Assembly (NCBI GenBank): GCA_041917095.1
Contig: JAYRYI010000006.1
Span: 236,653 to 300,652, forward strand
Reading direction: 5' to 3'
DNA length: 64,000 bases
Source of the DNA: Caulobacter sp.
GTDB taxonomy: Bacteria; Pseudomonadota; Alphaproteobacteria; Caulobacterales; Caulobacteraceae
Under the pieces are notes generated by a model. The model saw only the letters and a list, made by a program, of their open reading frames with translations, did not search any database and had not been told where the DNA came from. Positions 32,191-40,871 of this stretch are shown here, in pieces; the stretch's first letter is position 1, and each line of letters begins with the position of its first letter. Both the position numbers and the translations under genes were made by a program.

Positions 32191-34989
32191 GTGACCGATC
32201 TTCCCGCCGTCCTCGAAATTCCGTCCGCCCTCGTGGTCCTGCCCGGCGCGAAGTCGGCCGTGGCCGATGCCGTCGGCGCGCGGGAGCTGCGTCCGCCCTA
32301 CGCCCGGGAGATGCTCGAGGAAGCGCCGGTGCTGGTCGCCCATGCGGCGATGACGGCGCGGCGGCTGGGCCTGAACGCGCCGGGGCGTTCGCGACGGATC
32401 TTCGACGCGCTGGAGCTGTTCGCCTTCGTCCGCCCGGCCAGGTTCACCGCTCCGTCGGCGGTGGGCCTCGCCCAGGCGATGGGATTGCCCGAGCCCAGGG
32501 GGCCGTCGGCCCAGGCGGAGGCCCTGCGTGTCACCTGCCGGATGCTGCTCGATGAACTGGCCGCGACCCCCTGGCCGTCGCGCGAGGAGGCGCTGGCGCT
32601 GGCCGAGACGATGGATCGCGCCGGCTGGGCCTGGGGTATGGCGGCGGTGACCGCGCTGCGCTCGCAGCCCGTCCGGCACAGCGCGCGCGGCTCGGGCCTG
32701 GAGGTCTGGAGCCGCATCCCGGAGTGGGAGGACCAGGCGTCGCCGGGCGAGCCGGGCAGCAGGCCGATTGATCCGGAGGCCGCCGCCCGCCGCCTCGACG
32801 AACTGCTCCAGAAGGCCGGCCTCGACGAGGCCCGCGCCTCGCAGAAGGTGTTCGCCGCCGAGACCGCCTGGGCGTTCCAGCCGCGCGACCGCGAAGGCGA
32901 ACCGCGGATGATGCTGGCCGAGGCCGGCACGGGGGTCGGCAAGACGATGGGCTATCTGGCCCCGGCCTCGCTGTGGTCGGAGGCGAACGGGCCCGCCGTC
33001 TGGGTGTCGACCTACACCCGGGCCCTGCAGCGCCAGATCGAGCGAGAGAGCGCCGCCATCTATCCCGATCCCGCCGTCCGGGCCCGCAAGTCGGTCGTCC
33101 GCAAGGGGCGGGAAAACTACCTCTGTCTGCTGAACTTCCAGGAACAGGCGCAGGCCTCGCAGCTGGGCAATGGCGATCTGATCGGCCTGGCCCTCGCCGC
33201 CCGCTGGGCCCGCGCCACCCGCGACGGCGACATGACCGGCGGCGACTTCCCGGCGTGGCTGCCGACGCTCTTCGCGGTTCCGGCGATGGCCCAGGCCAGC
33301 GCCGCCAACTTGGTCGACCGGCGCGGCGAGTGCATGCACGCCGGCTGCGTCCACTATCGCTCCTGCTTCATCGAGAAGGCCATTCGCGCCAGCAAGCACG
33401 CCGACATCGTCATCGCCAACCACGCGCTGGTCATGACCCAGGCGGCCTACGACGGCGCCCGGACGGCGCGGGGCATGAAGGCTGACAACGAGACCACGAC
33501 CCTGCGCCGCATCGTCTTCGACGAGGGTCATCACCTTTTCGACGCCGCCGACAGCGCTTTCGCCGCCGCCCTCTCGGGCGCCGAGGCGGCCGATCTGCGG
33601 CGCTGGATCCGCGGACCGGAGGGGCGCGGCCGCCGGGGACGGGGGCTGGAGGCGCGGCTGATGGAGATCGTCGGCGACCGCGAGGACGCCCGCAACGCGC
33701 TGCAGGACGCCGTCCACGCCGCCGCCGCCCTGCCCGGAGAGGGCTGGTCCGGCCGCATCGCGCCCCCGGACGGCCAGGTGAACCCGCACGGTCCGATCGA
33801 GGCCTTCCTCGTGGCGGTCATGGAGCAGCTGCGCGCCCGCGCCACCCAGGGTGACCAGGGCATGGAATGCCATGCGCGCCCGGCCACGGACCTGGTCCGC
33901 GACACGGCCGCCCTGGCCGCCGCGGCCCTGGCGCGGATCGAGGGCCCGTTGATCGCCCTGACCCGGCATCTGGCCGACATCCTGGACGACGAAAGCGACG
34001 AGCTGCCGCCGTCCGATCGAGCGAGAATTGAAGGGGCTTTGAGGGGGCTCGATCGGCGGGCGCGGATGCACCTGCCGAGCTGGCGGTCGATGCTCAAGGC
34101 GATCGAGGAGGACGCCGAGGACGATCCCGACTTCGTCGACTGGTTCGACGCCACCTTCCTGTACGGCCGCGTGGTCGACGCCGCCTGCCGCCGGCACTAT
34201 GTCGATCCGAGCGAACCGCTGGCCTCCGCCGTCATCGCGCCGGCCCACGGCGTGCTGGTAACCAGCGCCACCCTGGCCGACAGCACGCTGGACGATCCGT
34301 TCGCCCTGGCCGAAATGCGCACCGGCGCCGCGCGGCTGCCCGACCGGCCGCAGACGCTGCGACTGGCCTCGCCGTTCGACTACGCCGCCAACAGCCGGGC
34401 CTTCGTGGTCACCGACGTCGGCAAGGACGACCCGCGCCAGGTCGCCGCCGCGATGCGCGAGCTGTTCCTGGCCGCCGGGGGCGGGGGTCTGGGTCTCTTC
34501 ACCGCCATCCGCCGGCTGCGCGCGGTGCACGAGCGGATCGCCGCGCCGCTGGCCGACAAGGGCCTGGCCCTCTACGCCCAGCACGTCGACCCGCTGGAGG
34601 TCGGCGCCCTGGTCGACATCTTCCGGGCCGAGGAGAACGCCTGCCTGCTCGGCACCGACGCGGTGCGGGACGGCGTCGACGTGCCCGGCCGCTCCCTGCG
34701 GCTGCTGGTCTTCGACCGCATGCCCTGGCCGCGCCCCGACATTCTGCACAAGGCCCGACGCCAGCGCTTCGGCGGCAAGGCCTACGACGATGGCATCGCC
34801 CGGGCGAGGCTGGCGCAGGCGTTCGGGCGGCTGATCCGCCGCGCCGACGACAAGGGCGTCTTCGTCATGCTCGACGCCGCCGCACCGACGCGGCTGTTCA
34901 GCGGCTTGCCGGAAGGGGTGGAGCTGCAGCGCGTGGGCCTGGTCGAGGCGATCGAGGCGACGGCGGCGTTTTTGGGGACCGGCGAGTGA
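32191..34989 (+). CDS. DinG/XPD-family ATP-dependent DNA helicase with a long N-terminal extension
   Basis: 932 aa with a GTG start. Contains AEAGTGVGKT (Walker A), FDEGHHL (DEAH-like) and a Cys cluster (C..C..HAGC..YRSC) consistent with an Fe-S domain. Confidence 0.9.
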   Translation: MTDLPAVLEIPSALVVLPGAKSAVADAVGARELRPPYAREMLEEAPVLVAHAAMTARRLGLNAPGRSRRIFDALELFAFVRPARFTAPSAVGLAQAMGLPEPRGPSAQAEALRVTCRMLLDELAATPWPSREEALALAETMDRAGWAWGMAAVTALRSQPVRHSARGSGLEVWSRIPEWEDQASPGEPGSRPIDPEAAARRLDELLQKAGLDEARASQKVFAAETAWAFQPRDREGEPRMMLAEAGTGVGKTMGYLAPASLWSEANGPAVWVSTYTRALQRQIERESAAIYPDPAVRARKSVVRKGRENYLCLLNFQEQAQASQLGNGDLIGLALAARWARATRDGDMTGGDFPAWLPTLFAVPAMAQASAANLVDRRGECMHAGCVHYRSCFIEKAIRASKHADIVIANHALVMTQAAYDGARTARGMKADNETTTLRRIVFDEGHHLFDAADSAFAAALSGAEAADLRRWIRGPEGRGRRGRGLEARLMEIVGDREDARNALQDAVHAAAALPGEGWSGRIAPPDGQVNPHGPIEAFLVAVMEQLRARATQGDQGMECHARPATDLVRDTAALAAAALARIEGPLIALTRHLADILDDESDELPPSDRARIEGALRGLDRRARMHLPSWRSMLKAIEEDAEDDPDFVDWFDATFLYGRVVDAACRRHYVDPSEPLASAVIAPAHGVLVTSATLADSTLDDPFALAEMRTGAARLPDRPQTLRLASPFDYAANSRAFVVTDVGKDDPRQVAAAMRELFLAAGGGGLGLFTAIRRLRAVHERIAAPLADKGLALYAQHVDPLEVGALVDIFRAEENACLLGTDAVRDGVDVPGRSLRLLVFDRMPWPRPDILHKARRQRFGGKAYDDGIARARLAQAFGRLIRRADDKGVFVMLDAAAPTRLFSGLPEGVELQRVGLVEAIEATAAFLGTGE

Positions 34990-35201
34990 CAGGTCGTCTT
35001 GTCGCCGTCATCGAGTGGCTGACCGTGCGCTTCGTGCGGGTCATGAGTTTTCTCGATCGTCTGTACTGGTTGATCAATCCCGTTTGGATGAATGGGCCCG
35101 GACAGCCTCTGTCGGGTCCGTTCGAGTCGGAAGGACGTCGCAGGCGACGCGCCGAAGCGATCCGGTCCGGCCGGCTGACCGACATCGAACCGGACGAATA
35201 G
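34986..35201 (+). CDS. Candidate small protein (71 aa; or 52 aa from the internal ATG)
   Basis: The GTG start overlaps the DinG stop (GTGA). The N-terminus is hydrophobic and is followed by an Arg-rich tail. G/C3 bias is weaker than in neighbouring genes, and I recognise no homology. Confidence 0.25.
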   Translation: MTGRLVAVIEWLTVRFVRVMSFLDRLYWLINPVWMNGPGQPLSGPFESEGRRRRRAEAIRSGRLTDIEPDE

Positions 35202-35314
35202 GGTTGGTCTCGAGCCTTACGGCCCCGGAACGGACTCACTGCCGTCGCACTGATGCAATGTCCGGGGCGTAGAGGCTCGGGCGGCGGGAGCGATGTGAGT
35301 GACGGAGTCGACCG

Positions 35315-35587
35315 ATGAGCCTGCCGCAGCCCCGCCCCGACCTGCCCGCCGATGACGCCGCGCCGCTCGCCGAGACCGTATGCGCCCGGGCCGAGGTTCA
35401 GCGGGTGCGGTGGCTGACGGGCCTGAGCCAGGACGCCTTCGCCCGCTGCTTCGCCATCGATCCCGACGCCCTGCGGGACGTCGAGGCCGGCCGGGCGCGG
35501 CCCAACGCGGCGTTCCGCGCCTATCTCAAGGTCATCGCCCGCGATCCGGGCGGGGTGAGCCGGGCGATCAACGCGCCGGTCGCCTGA
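35315..35587 (+). CDS. Helix-turn-helix (XRE/antitoxin-like) DNA-binding protein
   Basis: 90 aa with a GGAG Shine-Dalgarno sequence 7 nt upstream. The core VRWLTGLSQDAFARCFAIDPDALRDVEAGRARPNAAFRAYLKVIARDP resembles HigA/MqsA-type antitoxin HTH proteins. No adjacent toxin gene is recognisable. Confidence 0.6.
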   Translation: MSLPQPRPDLPADDAAPLAETVCARAEVQRVRWLTGLSQDAFARCFAIDPDALRDVEAGRARPNAAFRAYLKVIARDPGGVSRAINAPVA

Positions 35588-35658
35588 CGCAACGGCGCCC
35601 TTGCGCTCCGCGTGCGGACCCGCTGATATCGCGGCGGGGATGAGCGGGGGCTGTCTGA

Positions 35659-36690
35659 GTGTCTGATTTTCTGGCCGAGATGGAGGCGCGCCGCGCGCGC
35701 GCCGCGAAGCCGCGCGCGCCGGTGGGCTGGACGGTTGCGGCGTTCGCCGTCGCCCTTTTCGCGACACTGTTCGAGCTGCCGCTGATCCACGAGGCCGCAG
35801 TCGAGGTCGCCGGCGGAGCGGGCGATCCGTTCCGCCACGCCGTCTTCGCGCTGGGCCTGGCGCTGGCGACCACGCTCGTCGTCGGCGGCCTGCTGTGGGT
35901 GGTCTTCCTGCGTCCCCGCCAGCCGGCCTGGTCGTTGCCGGTGCTCGCCGCGATGCTGCTGATGACCAGCCTGGTGAGCTTCGGCCTGTCGCGGACAATC
36001 GGCGAGGCGGCCGAGAAGGAGCGCCAGCAGCGGATCGCCGTCGCCGAGATGAAGGCGGCGCTGTCGCTGATTCAGCAAGGCGACGTGGAGAAGATGGTCA
36101 TCGATCCGCGTCCGAAGGCCCGCGGCGAGGCCGGCGAGGTCGAGCGCGTCGTCAAACAGAGCTTCGCCGACATGCTGAAGGTCGCCAAGGCCTACAGAGC
36201 CGAGATGAACGCCCTCGAACTGGACCGGTACGCAGGGGCGCCGCCGAGCCGGGCCAGCCTGCAGGAGCAAGCGCGCCGGCTGAAGACCGCGCGCGAGCTC
36301 ACGGCCCGCTATCGAACCGACGTCAATGCGGCGATCGGGCGAATTCGGCCGACCATCGAGGCGTCCGACATCGGCGCCGCGGGCAAGGCCGCCTTCCTCC
36401 GCGGATTCGACGGCGCGCTGGAGCGGGGCTCCGGGGATCTGGATCGCCAGTTCGCGCTGAGCCTCAAGCTGATCGATCTCAACCTTGAGCAGGTCAACTT
36501 CCTGCTCGGCCGCCCCGGAGCCTGGAAGGCGCAGGGGCGCGAGGTCGCGTTCTATCGGCAGCAGGATCTGGATCGTTTCCGCGAGATGGCCACGGAGATC
36601 CGGACGATCGCCTCGGAAATGGAAGCGATCGAGCGGCGGCAACGGCAGGCTCTCCAGGACAACATCGACGCTCCCGTCGGGCCTTTCTGA
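35659..36690 (+). CDS. Hypothetical membrane-anchored coiled-coil protein (343 aa)
   Basis: Three N-terminal TM helices are followed by a helical, charged domain. Coding-like G/C3 bias. I recognise no family. Confidence 0.6.
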   Translation: MSDFLAEMEARRARAAKPRAPVGWTVAAFAVALFATLFELPLIHEAAVEVAGGAGDPFRHAVFALGLALATTLVVGGLLWVVFLRPRQPAWSLPVLAAMLLMTSLVSFGLSRTIGEAAEKERQQRIAVAEMKAALSLIQQGDVEKMVIDPRPKARGEAGEVERVVKQSFADMLKVAKAYRAEMNALELDRYAGAPPSRASLQEQARRLKTARELTARYRTDVNAAIGRIRPTIEASDIGAAGKAAFLRGFDGALERGSGDLDRQFALSLKLIDLNLEQVNFLLGRPGAWKAQGREVAFYRQQDLDRFREMATEIRTIASEMEAIERRQRQALQDNIDAPVGPF

Positions 36691-36696
36691 GATCCG

Positions 36697-37512
36697 CTAC
36701 TCCCTGAACCACGCCACCTGCACGCCGGTGGCCAGCAGCACGCCGTCCGCGGTCCACAGGCTGATGTCCTGGTCGTGGAAGTTGTCGTGGAAGACCCTGG
36801 CGTCGGCGACGCCGAGGATCGGCGCGGCGCCGTTGGCGTCCAGCACCGCCTGGGCGGCGTGGAAGTAGGTGGTCAGGGTCACGGTGCCCATCGGCTGGCG
36901 CGTGCCGCGCACCTGTATGATCCGCACGAAGAAGGCGTCGCTGAGCGCGGCCAGCGAGATGAAGTCCAGCGGCCGGGCCGGCTGGTCGTCCAGCCATAGC
37001 ACCGACCGCGCGCTCCTCGGCTCGATCGGCGGTTCCTCGCCCCAGCCCGGCGCGCCCTCGACGAAACGGAAGCCATAGCGTTCCAGCCAGCCGCCGCGGC
37101 CCTGCAGGTCGAGGGGCGGCACGGCGTCGGCGGACGGCACGGCGGGCATGACGCCCGGCCGGTGGGTCCAGGTCTCGCGGCGGCGGGCGCAGACGATGCT
37201 GGCGCTTGCGGCGACCTTGTCGTTCTGGATCAGTTCGACGGCCCAGTGCTGGGTGGTCTTGCCGGCCCGCACCTCGCGCCAGGAGACCTCGAACCCGCCC
37301 TCGGCGATGGGCGCGCAGAAGTTGGCGGTAAGGGCCAGCGGGTCGCCGATCCGGGCCGGATCCTCCACCACCGCCCGCAGCAGCGTCGCCGCCGTTGCGC
37401 CGCCGAAGGGACCGGCCATGTTCCAGTAGTGGGGGCTGGTATGACCGCGCGCGCGGCGCTCACCGATCGGCGTAAGGGCGGTGGCTTCGTCCAGCGGATG
37501 CGGGGTGGTCAT
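36697..37512 (-). CDS. Acyl-CoA thioesterase (TesB-like double hot-dog) family protein
   Basis: 271 aa. The pattern NMAGPFGGATAATLLRAV...TANFCAP in the N-half, with a repeated hot-dog half following, is typical of the thioesterase-like superfamily. Confidence 0.75.
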   Translation of the reverse strand: MTTPHPLDEATALTPIGERRARGHTSPHYWNMAGPFGGATAATLLRAVVEDPARIGDPLALTANFCAPIAEGGFEVSWREVRAGKTTQHWAVELIQNDKVAASASIVCARRRETWTHRPGVMPAVPSADAVPPLDLQGRGGWLERYGFRFVEGAPGWGEEPPIEPRSARSVLWLDDQPARPLDFISLAALSDAFFVRIIQVRGTRQPMGTVTLTTYFHAAQAVLDANGAAPILGVADARVFHDNFHDQDISLWTADGVLLATGVQVAWFRE

Positions 37513-37602
37513 GGCGGGTCTCCGAACTCGGTTCGGAGACTGTAGGCCGCCGACGCCTCATCCAAACTACCCTCGACGTAGCGGCTGGCAAGGTCGGTAG
37601 CG

Positions 37603-37636
37603 AAAAAAGACCCGCCTCTCTTTCGGGAGACGGGTC
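37603..37636 (-). terminator. Rho-independent terminator after rtcB
   Basis: On the minus strand: GACCCGTCTC-CCGAAAGA-GAGGCGGGTC followed by TTTTTT, starting 4 nt after the rtcB stop. Confidence 0.7.
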
Positions 37637-37640
37637 CTTC

Positions 37641-38858
37641 TCAGCCCTTCACGCACACCACCTGCCGGAGGGTGTGGACGATATCGACCAGATCGGACTG
37701 CGCCGCCATCACAGCGTCGATGTCCTTGTAGGCCATCGGCGTTTCATCGATGACGTCCGCGTCCTTCCGGCATTCGACCCCGGCCGTGGCCGCGATGTGG
37801 TCGGCGAGGCTGAACCGCCGCTTGGCTTCGTTCCGGCTCATCGCCCGACCGGCGCCATGCGAGCAGGTGCAGAAGCTGTCCGCATTGCCCTTGCCGCGCA
37901 CGATGAACGACCGGGCGCCCATCGAGCCGGGGATGATCCCCAGCTCTCCGTCGCCGGCCCGCACCGCGCCCTTCCGGGTCACATAGACCTTCTTGCCAAA
38001 GTGATGCTCGGTGGTGACGTAGTTGTGGTGGCAGTTCACCGCCTCTTCCGTCGTCACCAGGTCCGGGAACCAGGTCCGGAGCGCGCCCAGCACCTGGTCC
38101 ATCATCACTTCGCGGTTCGCCCGCGCGTACTTCTGGGCCCAGCTCACCGCCCGGATGTAGTCGACGAAGCCGTCGCTGCCTTCCGGGAAGTAGGCCAGGT
38201 CCTTGTCCGGCAGGTGGATGAACCACCGCTCCATGTCCTTCTTCGCCCGTTCGACGAACCAGGTCCCGAACCGGTTGCCCACGCCCCGCGAGCCGGAGTG
38301 CAGCATCACCCAGACGTCGCCCGCCTCGTCGAGACACAGCTCGATGAAGTGGTTGCCGGTGCCCAGCGTGCCGAGGTGGCCATAGCCGCGCGGGTGGGCG
38401 GCCTTCGGCGACCGCGCCACGACGTCGTCATAGCCGTCCTTCAGCTCGGCCCACTTGGCGGCCGCGATAGCCGGCGGCTCCGACTGCCAGGCGCCTTTGT
38501 CGTTGCGCCCGCCGTTGTCGGTCCGACCGTGCGGCACGGCCGCTTCGATCGCCGACCGGATGCCCGCCAGGTTGTCCGGCAGGTGCTCGGCCCGGATCGA
38601 GGTCCGCACCGCCATCATGCCGCAGCCGATGTCGACGCCGACGGCGGCCGGGATGATCGCACCGACGGTCGGGATTACCGAACCCACGGTCGCGCCCATG
38701 CCCCAGTGAACGTCGGGCATGACGGCGATGTGGCTGTGGATGAAGGGCAGCGACGCGACGTTGTGCAGCTGCTTCATCGCGGCGTCCTCGATCGGCACGC
38801 CCCGGGTCCAGGCCTTGATCGGCCGGTTGTCGCTTTCGAATACATCGAACCCGCTCAT
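37641..38858 (-). CDS. rtcB: RNA 3'-phosphate ligase RtcB
   Basis: 405 aa. Contains PDVHWGMGATVGSV, GVDIGCGM, HSGSRGVGN, CHHNY, PGSMGA and CSHGAGR, the full set of RtcB signature blocks. An AGGAG Shine-Dalgarno sequence lies upstream. Confidence 0.93.
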   Translation of the reverse strand: MSGFDVFESDNRPIKAWTRGVPIEDAAMKQLHNVASLPFIHSHIAVMPDVHWGMGATVGSVIPTVGAIIPAAVGVDIGCGMMAVRTSIRAEHLPDNLAGIRSAIEAAVPHGRTDNGGRNDKGAWQSEPPAIAAAKWAELKDGYDDVVARSPKAAHPRGYGHLGTLGTGNHFIELCLDEAGDVWVMLHSGSRGVGNRFGTWFVERAKKDMERWFIHLPDKDLAYFPEGSDGFVDYIRAVSWAQKYARANREVMMDQVLGALRTWFPDLVTTEEAVNCHHNYVTTEHHFGKKVYVTRKGAVRAGDGELGIIPGSMGARSFIVRGKGNADSFCTCSHGAGRAMSRNEAKRRFSLADHIAATAGVECRKDADVIDETPMAYKDIDAVMAAQSDLVDIVHTLRQVVCVKG

Positions 38859-38933
38859 GGGGTTCTCCTTTCAACGCTCTTTCGTTTCTCTCTGCCGCCC
38901 CTCCTGGCGTCACGGTCGAAAGTGTCGTCGTCC

Positions 38934-38972
38934 TGAAACGAAGAACCCCTCCGGCCGGGCCAGGAGGGGTTC
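38934..38972 (-). terminator. Terminator/attenuator-like hairpin upstream of rtcB
   Basis: On the minus strand: GAACCCCTCC-(TGGCCCGGCC)-GGAGGGGTTC followed by TTCGTTTCA. It lies between a 35-codon ORF and rtcB. Confidence 0.5.
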
Positions 38973-38996
38973 GTTCGTACAAGCCTTGAGGATCGA

Positions 38997-39104
38997 TCAG
39001 ATCCTGGCCGCAGACCCCTCCAATGCGCACACGTCCTCCAACGCCTCAACCTGGCGGTCGAAGCGGAGAGGCATGCCGGTATTGGACAGGGCTTGGTGAG
39101 CCAT
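38997..39104 (-). CDS. Candidate 35-aa leader/small ORF upstream of rtcB
   Basis: Hand-translated: MAHQALSNTGMPLRFDRQVEALEDVCALEGSAARI*. A GAGGAAG Shine-Dalgarno sequence ends 6 nt before the ATG, and G/C3 bias is high. It is below the track cutoff. Confidence 0.3.
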   Translation of the reverse strand: MAHQALSNTGMPLRFDRQVEALEDVCALEGSAARI

Positions 39105-39305
39105 GATCGTCTTCCTCAAGGGAGCGGGCGGATATCACGGGGCTTTCGGCGGGCGCAAGGCCGTTGTGGCGGTGTCGCACGCCTGTTGCGCGGTTGTCGC
39201 ACTCTCCCGCTAGCGACGACGCCGGACGGGAGGCTCCCGCGTCCGCTGAGTCGACTCGACGTCGGAAGCGGTCGGCGTAGCGTCCCCGTCCGACGGTGAC
39301 GCTGC

Positions 39306-39899
39306 ATGTTGGGGGACGGGTCGATGATCCGGGCAGGCGCTCTATCGATCGTTATGGCGCTGGCGATCAGCGGCGCCGCCGGTGCCGCGACGCTGCCGGA
39401 GGACGCCGCGCCGAAGCTCCGCGCCGGGCTGCCCTGGATCTCCGTCACCCTCGATCCCGATGGCGAGAGCGCGCAGATCCACGCCGCCATCGACATTCCC
39501 GCGCCGGCCGAGCGTATCTGGAAGGCGATGACCGACTGCCGCTACGCCGCCCGGCTGGTGTCCAGCGTGACCCGGTGCCGGGTCCTGCAGCAGGGCGCCG
39601 GCTGGGATGTCCGCGAGCATGTGACCAGGGGCAACCTGCTGCTGCCGACGCTGCGAAACGTGTTCCGGTCGGATTATGAACCCTATCGCCGCATCCGCTT
39701 CCGCCGCGTGGATGGCGACCTGAAGATCATGCAGGGCGAGTGGGGCCTCACCGCCTTCAACGAGGGCAAGTGGACCCGGGTGACCTACGAGAACCGCCTG
39801 GCCGCCCGCATCCTCGCTCCGCCGCTCGCCGTCCGTGCCGGGCTGCGCAAGGACACGCCGAAGGTGCTGGTGAACCTGCGCGAGGTCGTGAAGGAGTAG
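39306..39899 (+). CDS. SRPBCC (START/polyketide-cyclase-like) family protein with signal peptide
   Basis: 197 aa. The N-terminus is ALSIVMALAISGAAGAA. The core IDIPAPAERIWKAMTDC...LKIMQGEWGL is typical of the SRPBCC fold. Confidence 0.7.
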   Translation: MLGDGSMIRAGALSIVMALAISGAAGAATLPEDAAPKLRAGLPWISVTLDPDGESAQIHAAIDIPAPAERIWKAMTDCRYAARLVSSVTRCRVLQQGAGWDVREHVTRGNLLLPTLRNVFRSDYEPYRRIRFRRVDGDLKIMQGEWGLTAFNEGKWTRVTYENRLAARILAPPLAVRAGLRKDTPKVLVNLREVVKE

Positions 39900-39910
39900 G
39901 GCTCCGACTT

Positions 39911-39933
39911 TCCCTCCCCACGAGGGGGGAAGG
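39911..39933. repeat. Single family-A-type hairpin between convergent genes
   Basis: TCCCTCCCC-ACGA-GGGGGGAAGG, located between the SRPBCC stop (39899) and the tyrC stop (39936). Confidence 0.4.
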
Positions 39934-39935
39934 TA

Positions 39936-40871
39936 TCAGTGCTTCCCGCGATCCCGGCCGAAGTTCGGCTCGGCGCTTTCCTGGCCCAGGGCGATGACGC
40001 CGCGGCGGATGGCGCGGGTGCGGCTGAACAGGTCGTGCAGCTTGTCGGCCTCGCCCCACCGGATGGCGCGCGACAGGGCCTGCAGGTCCTCGGTGAAGCG
40101 GCCCAGCACCTCGAGCACCGCATCCTTGTTGGCCACGAAGATGTCTCGCCACATGGTCGGGTCGCTGGCCGCGATCCGCGTGAAGTCGCGGAAGCCGCCG
40201 GCGCTGTACTTCATCACCTCGCCCTCGGTGACGCCCTCGAGGTCCGAGGCCGTGCCGACGATGTTGTAGGCGATCAGGTGGGGCAGGTGGCTGGTGATGG
40301 CCAGCACCAGGTCGTGGTGCTTGAGGTCCATCTGCTCGACCTGGGCGCCGCAGGCGCGCCAGAAGGTCGACAGCTTCGCCGTGGCCTCGATGTAGGGCGC
40401 GTCCTCGCGGCTTTCGTCGGGCGTCAGGATGACCCAGCGGCCGTCGAACAGCTCGGCGAAGCCGGCGTCGGGGCCGGAGTGCTCGGTGCCGGCGATCGGG
40501 TGGCCCGGGATCACGAACACATGGTCCGGCGCGCTGGCGGTCAGCGCCTCGGCGACGCTGCCTTTCACCGAGCCGACGTCGGTGACGGTGGCGCCGGGCG
40601 CCAGCGCGCCCGCTGCGGCGGCCATGGCCTTGCCCATCGCCAGCACCGGCACGGCGAAGATCACCAGGTCGGCGCCGGCCACGCCGTCGGCGATGTCGCC
40701 GGTGACGCGGTCCGCTAGGTTCAGGGCGGCGATCCGTTCGCGGTGCTTTTCGGACGCGTCGACGGCGATGATCTGGCCGACCACGCCCTTTTCGCGGGCG
40801 ATGCGGGCGATCGAGCTGCCGATCAGACCGAAGCCGACGATGGCCAGCCTTTCGTAGAGTTTCCCGGGCAT
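39936..40871 (-). CDS. tyrC: Prephenate/arogenate (cyclohexadienyl) dehydrogenase
   Basis: IVGFGLIGSSIA Rossmann motif and HPIAGTEHSGP catalytic region. Its start overlaps the hisC stop (TGATG). Confidence 0.9.
   Translation of the reverse strand: MPGKLYERLAIVGFGLIGSSIARIAREKGVVGQIIAVDASEKHRERIAALNLADRVTGDIADGVAGADLVIFAVPVLAMGKAMAAAAGALAPGATVTDVGSVKGSVAEALTASAPDHVFVIPGHPIAGTEHSGPDAGFAELFDGRWVILTPDESREDAPYIEATAKLSTFWRACGAQVEQMDLKHHDLVLAITSHLPHLIAYNIVGTASDLEGVTEGEVMKYSAGGFRDFTRIAASDPTMWRDIFVANKDAVLEVLGRFTEDLQALSRAIRWGEADKLHDLFSRTRAIRRGVIALGQESAEPNFGRDRGKH

Noticed and set aside
32182-34749. 855-aa minus-strand ORF opposite the DinG-like helicase
   Set aside because: Antisense artefact of GC3 bias. 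The plus-strand frame carries Walker A, DEGH and Fe-S motifs, and the minus-strand frame carries none.
39173-39190. Sigma-54-like promoter (GTCGCAC-GCCTG-TTGCG) in the rtcB/SRPBCC spacer, by analogy with RtcR/sigma-54 control of rtcBA in E. coli
   Set aside because: The invariant GG of the -24 element is CG here. The orientation points away from rtcB, and no RtcR-like activator gene is present.
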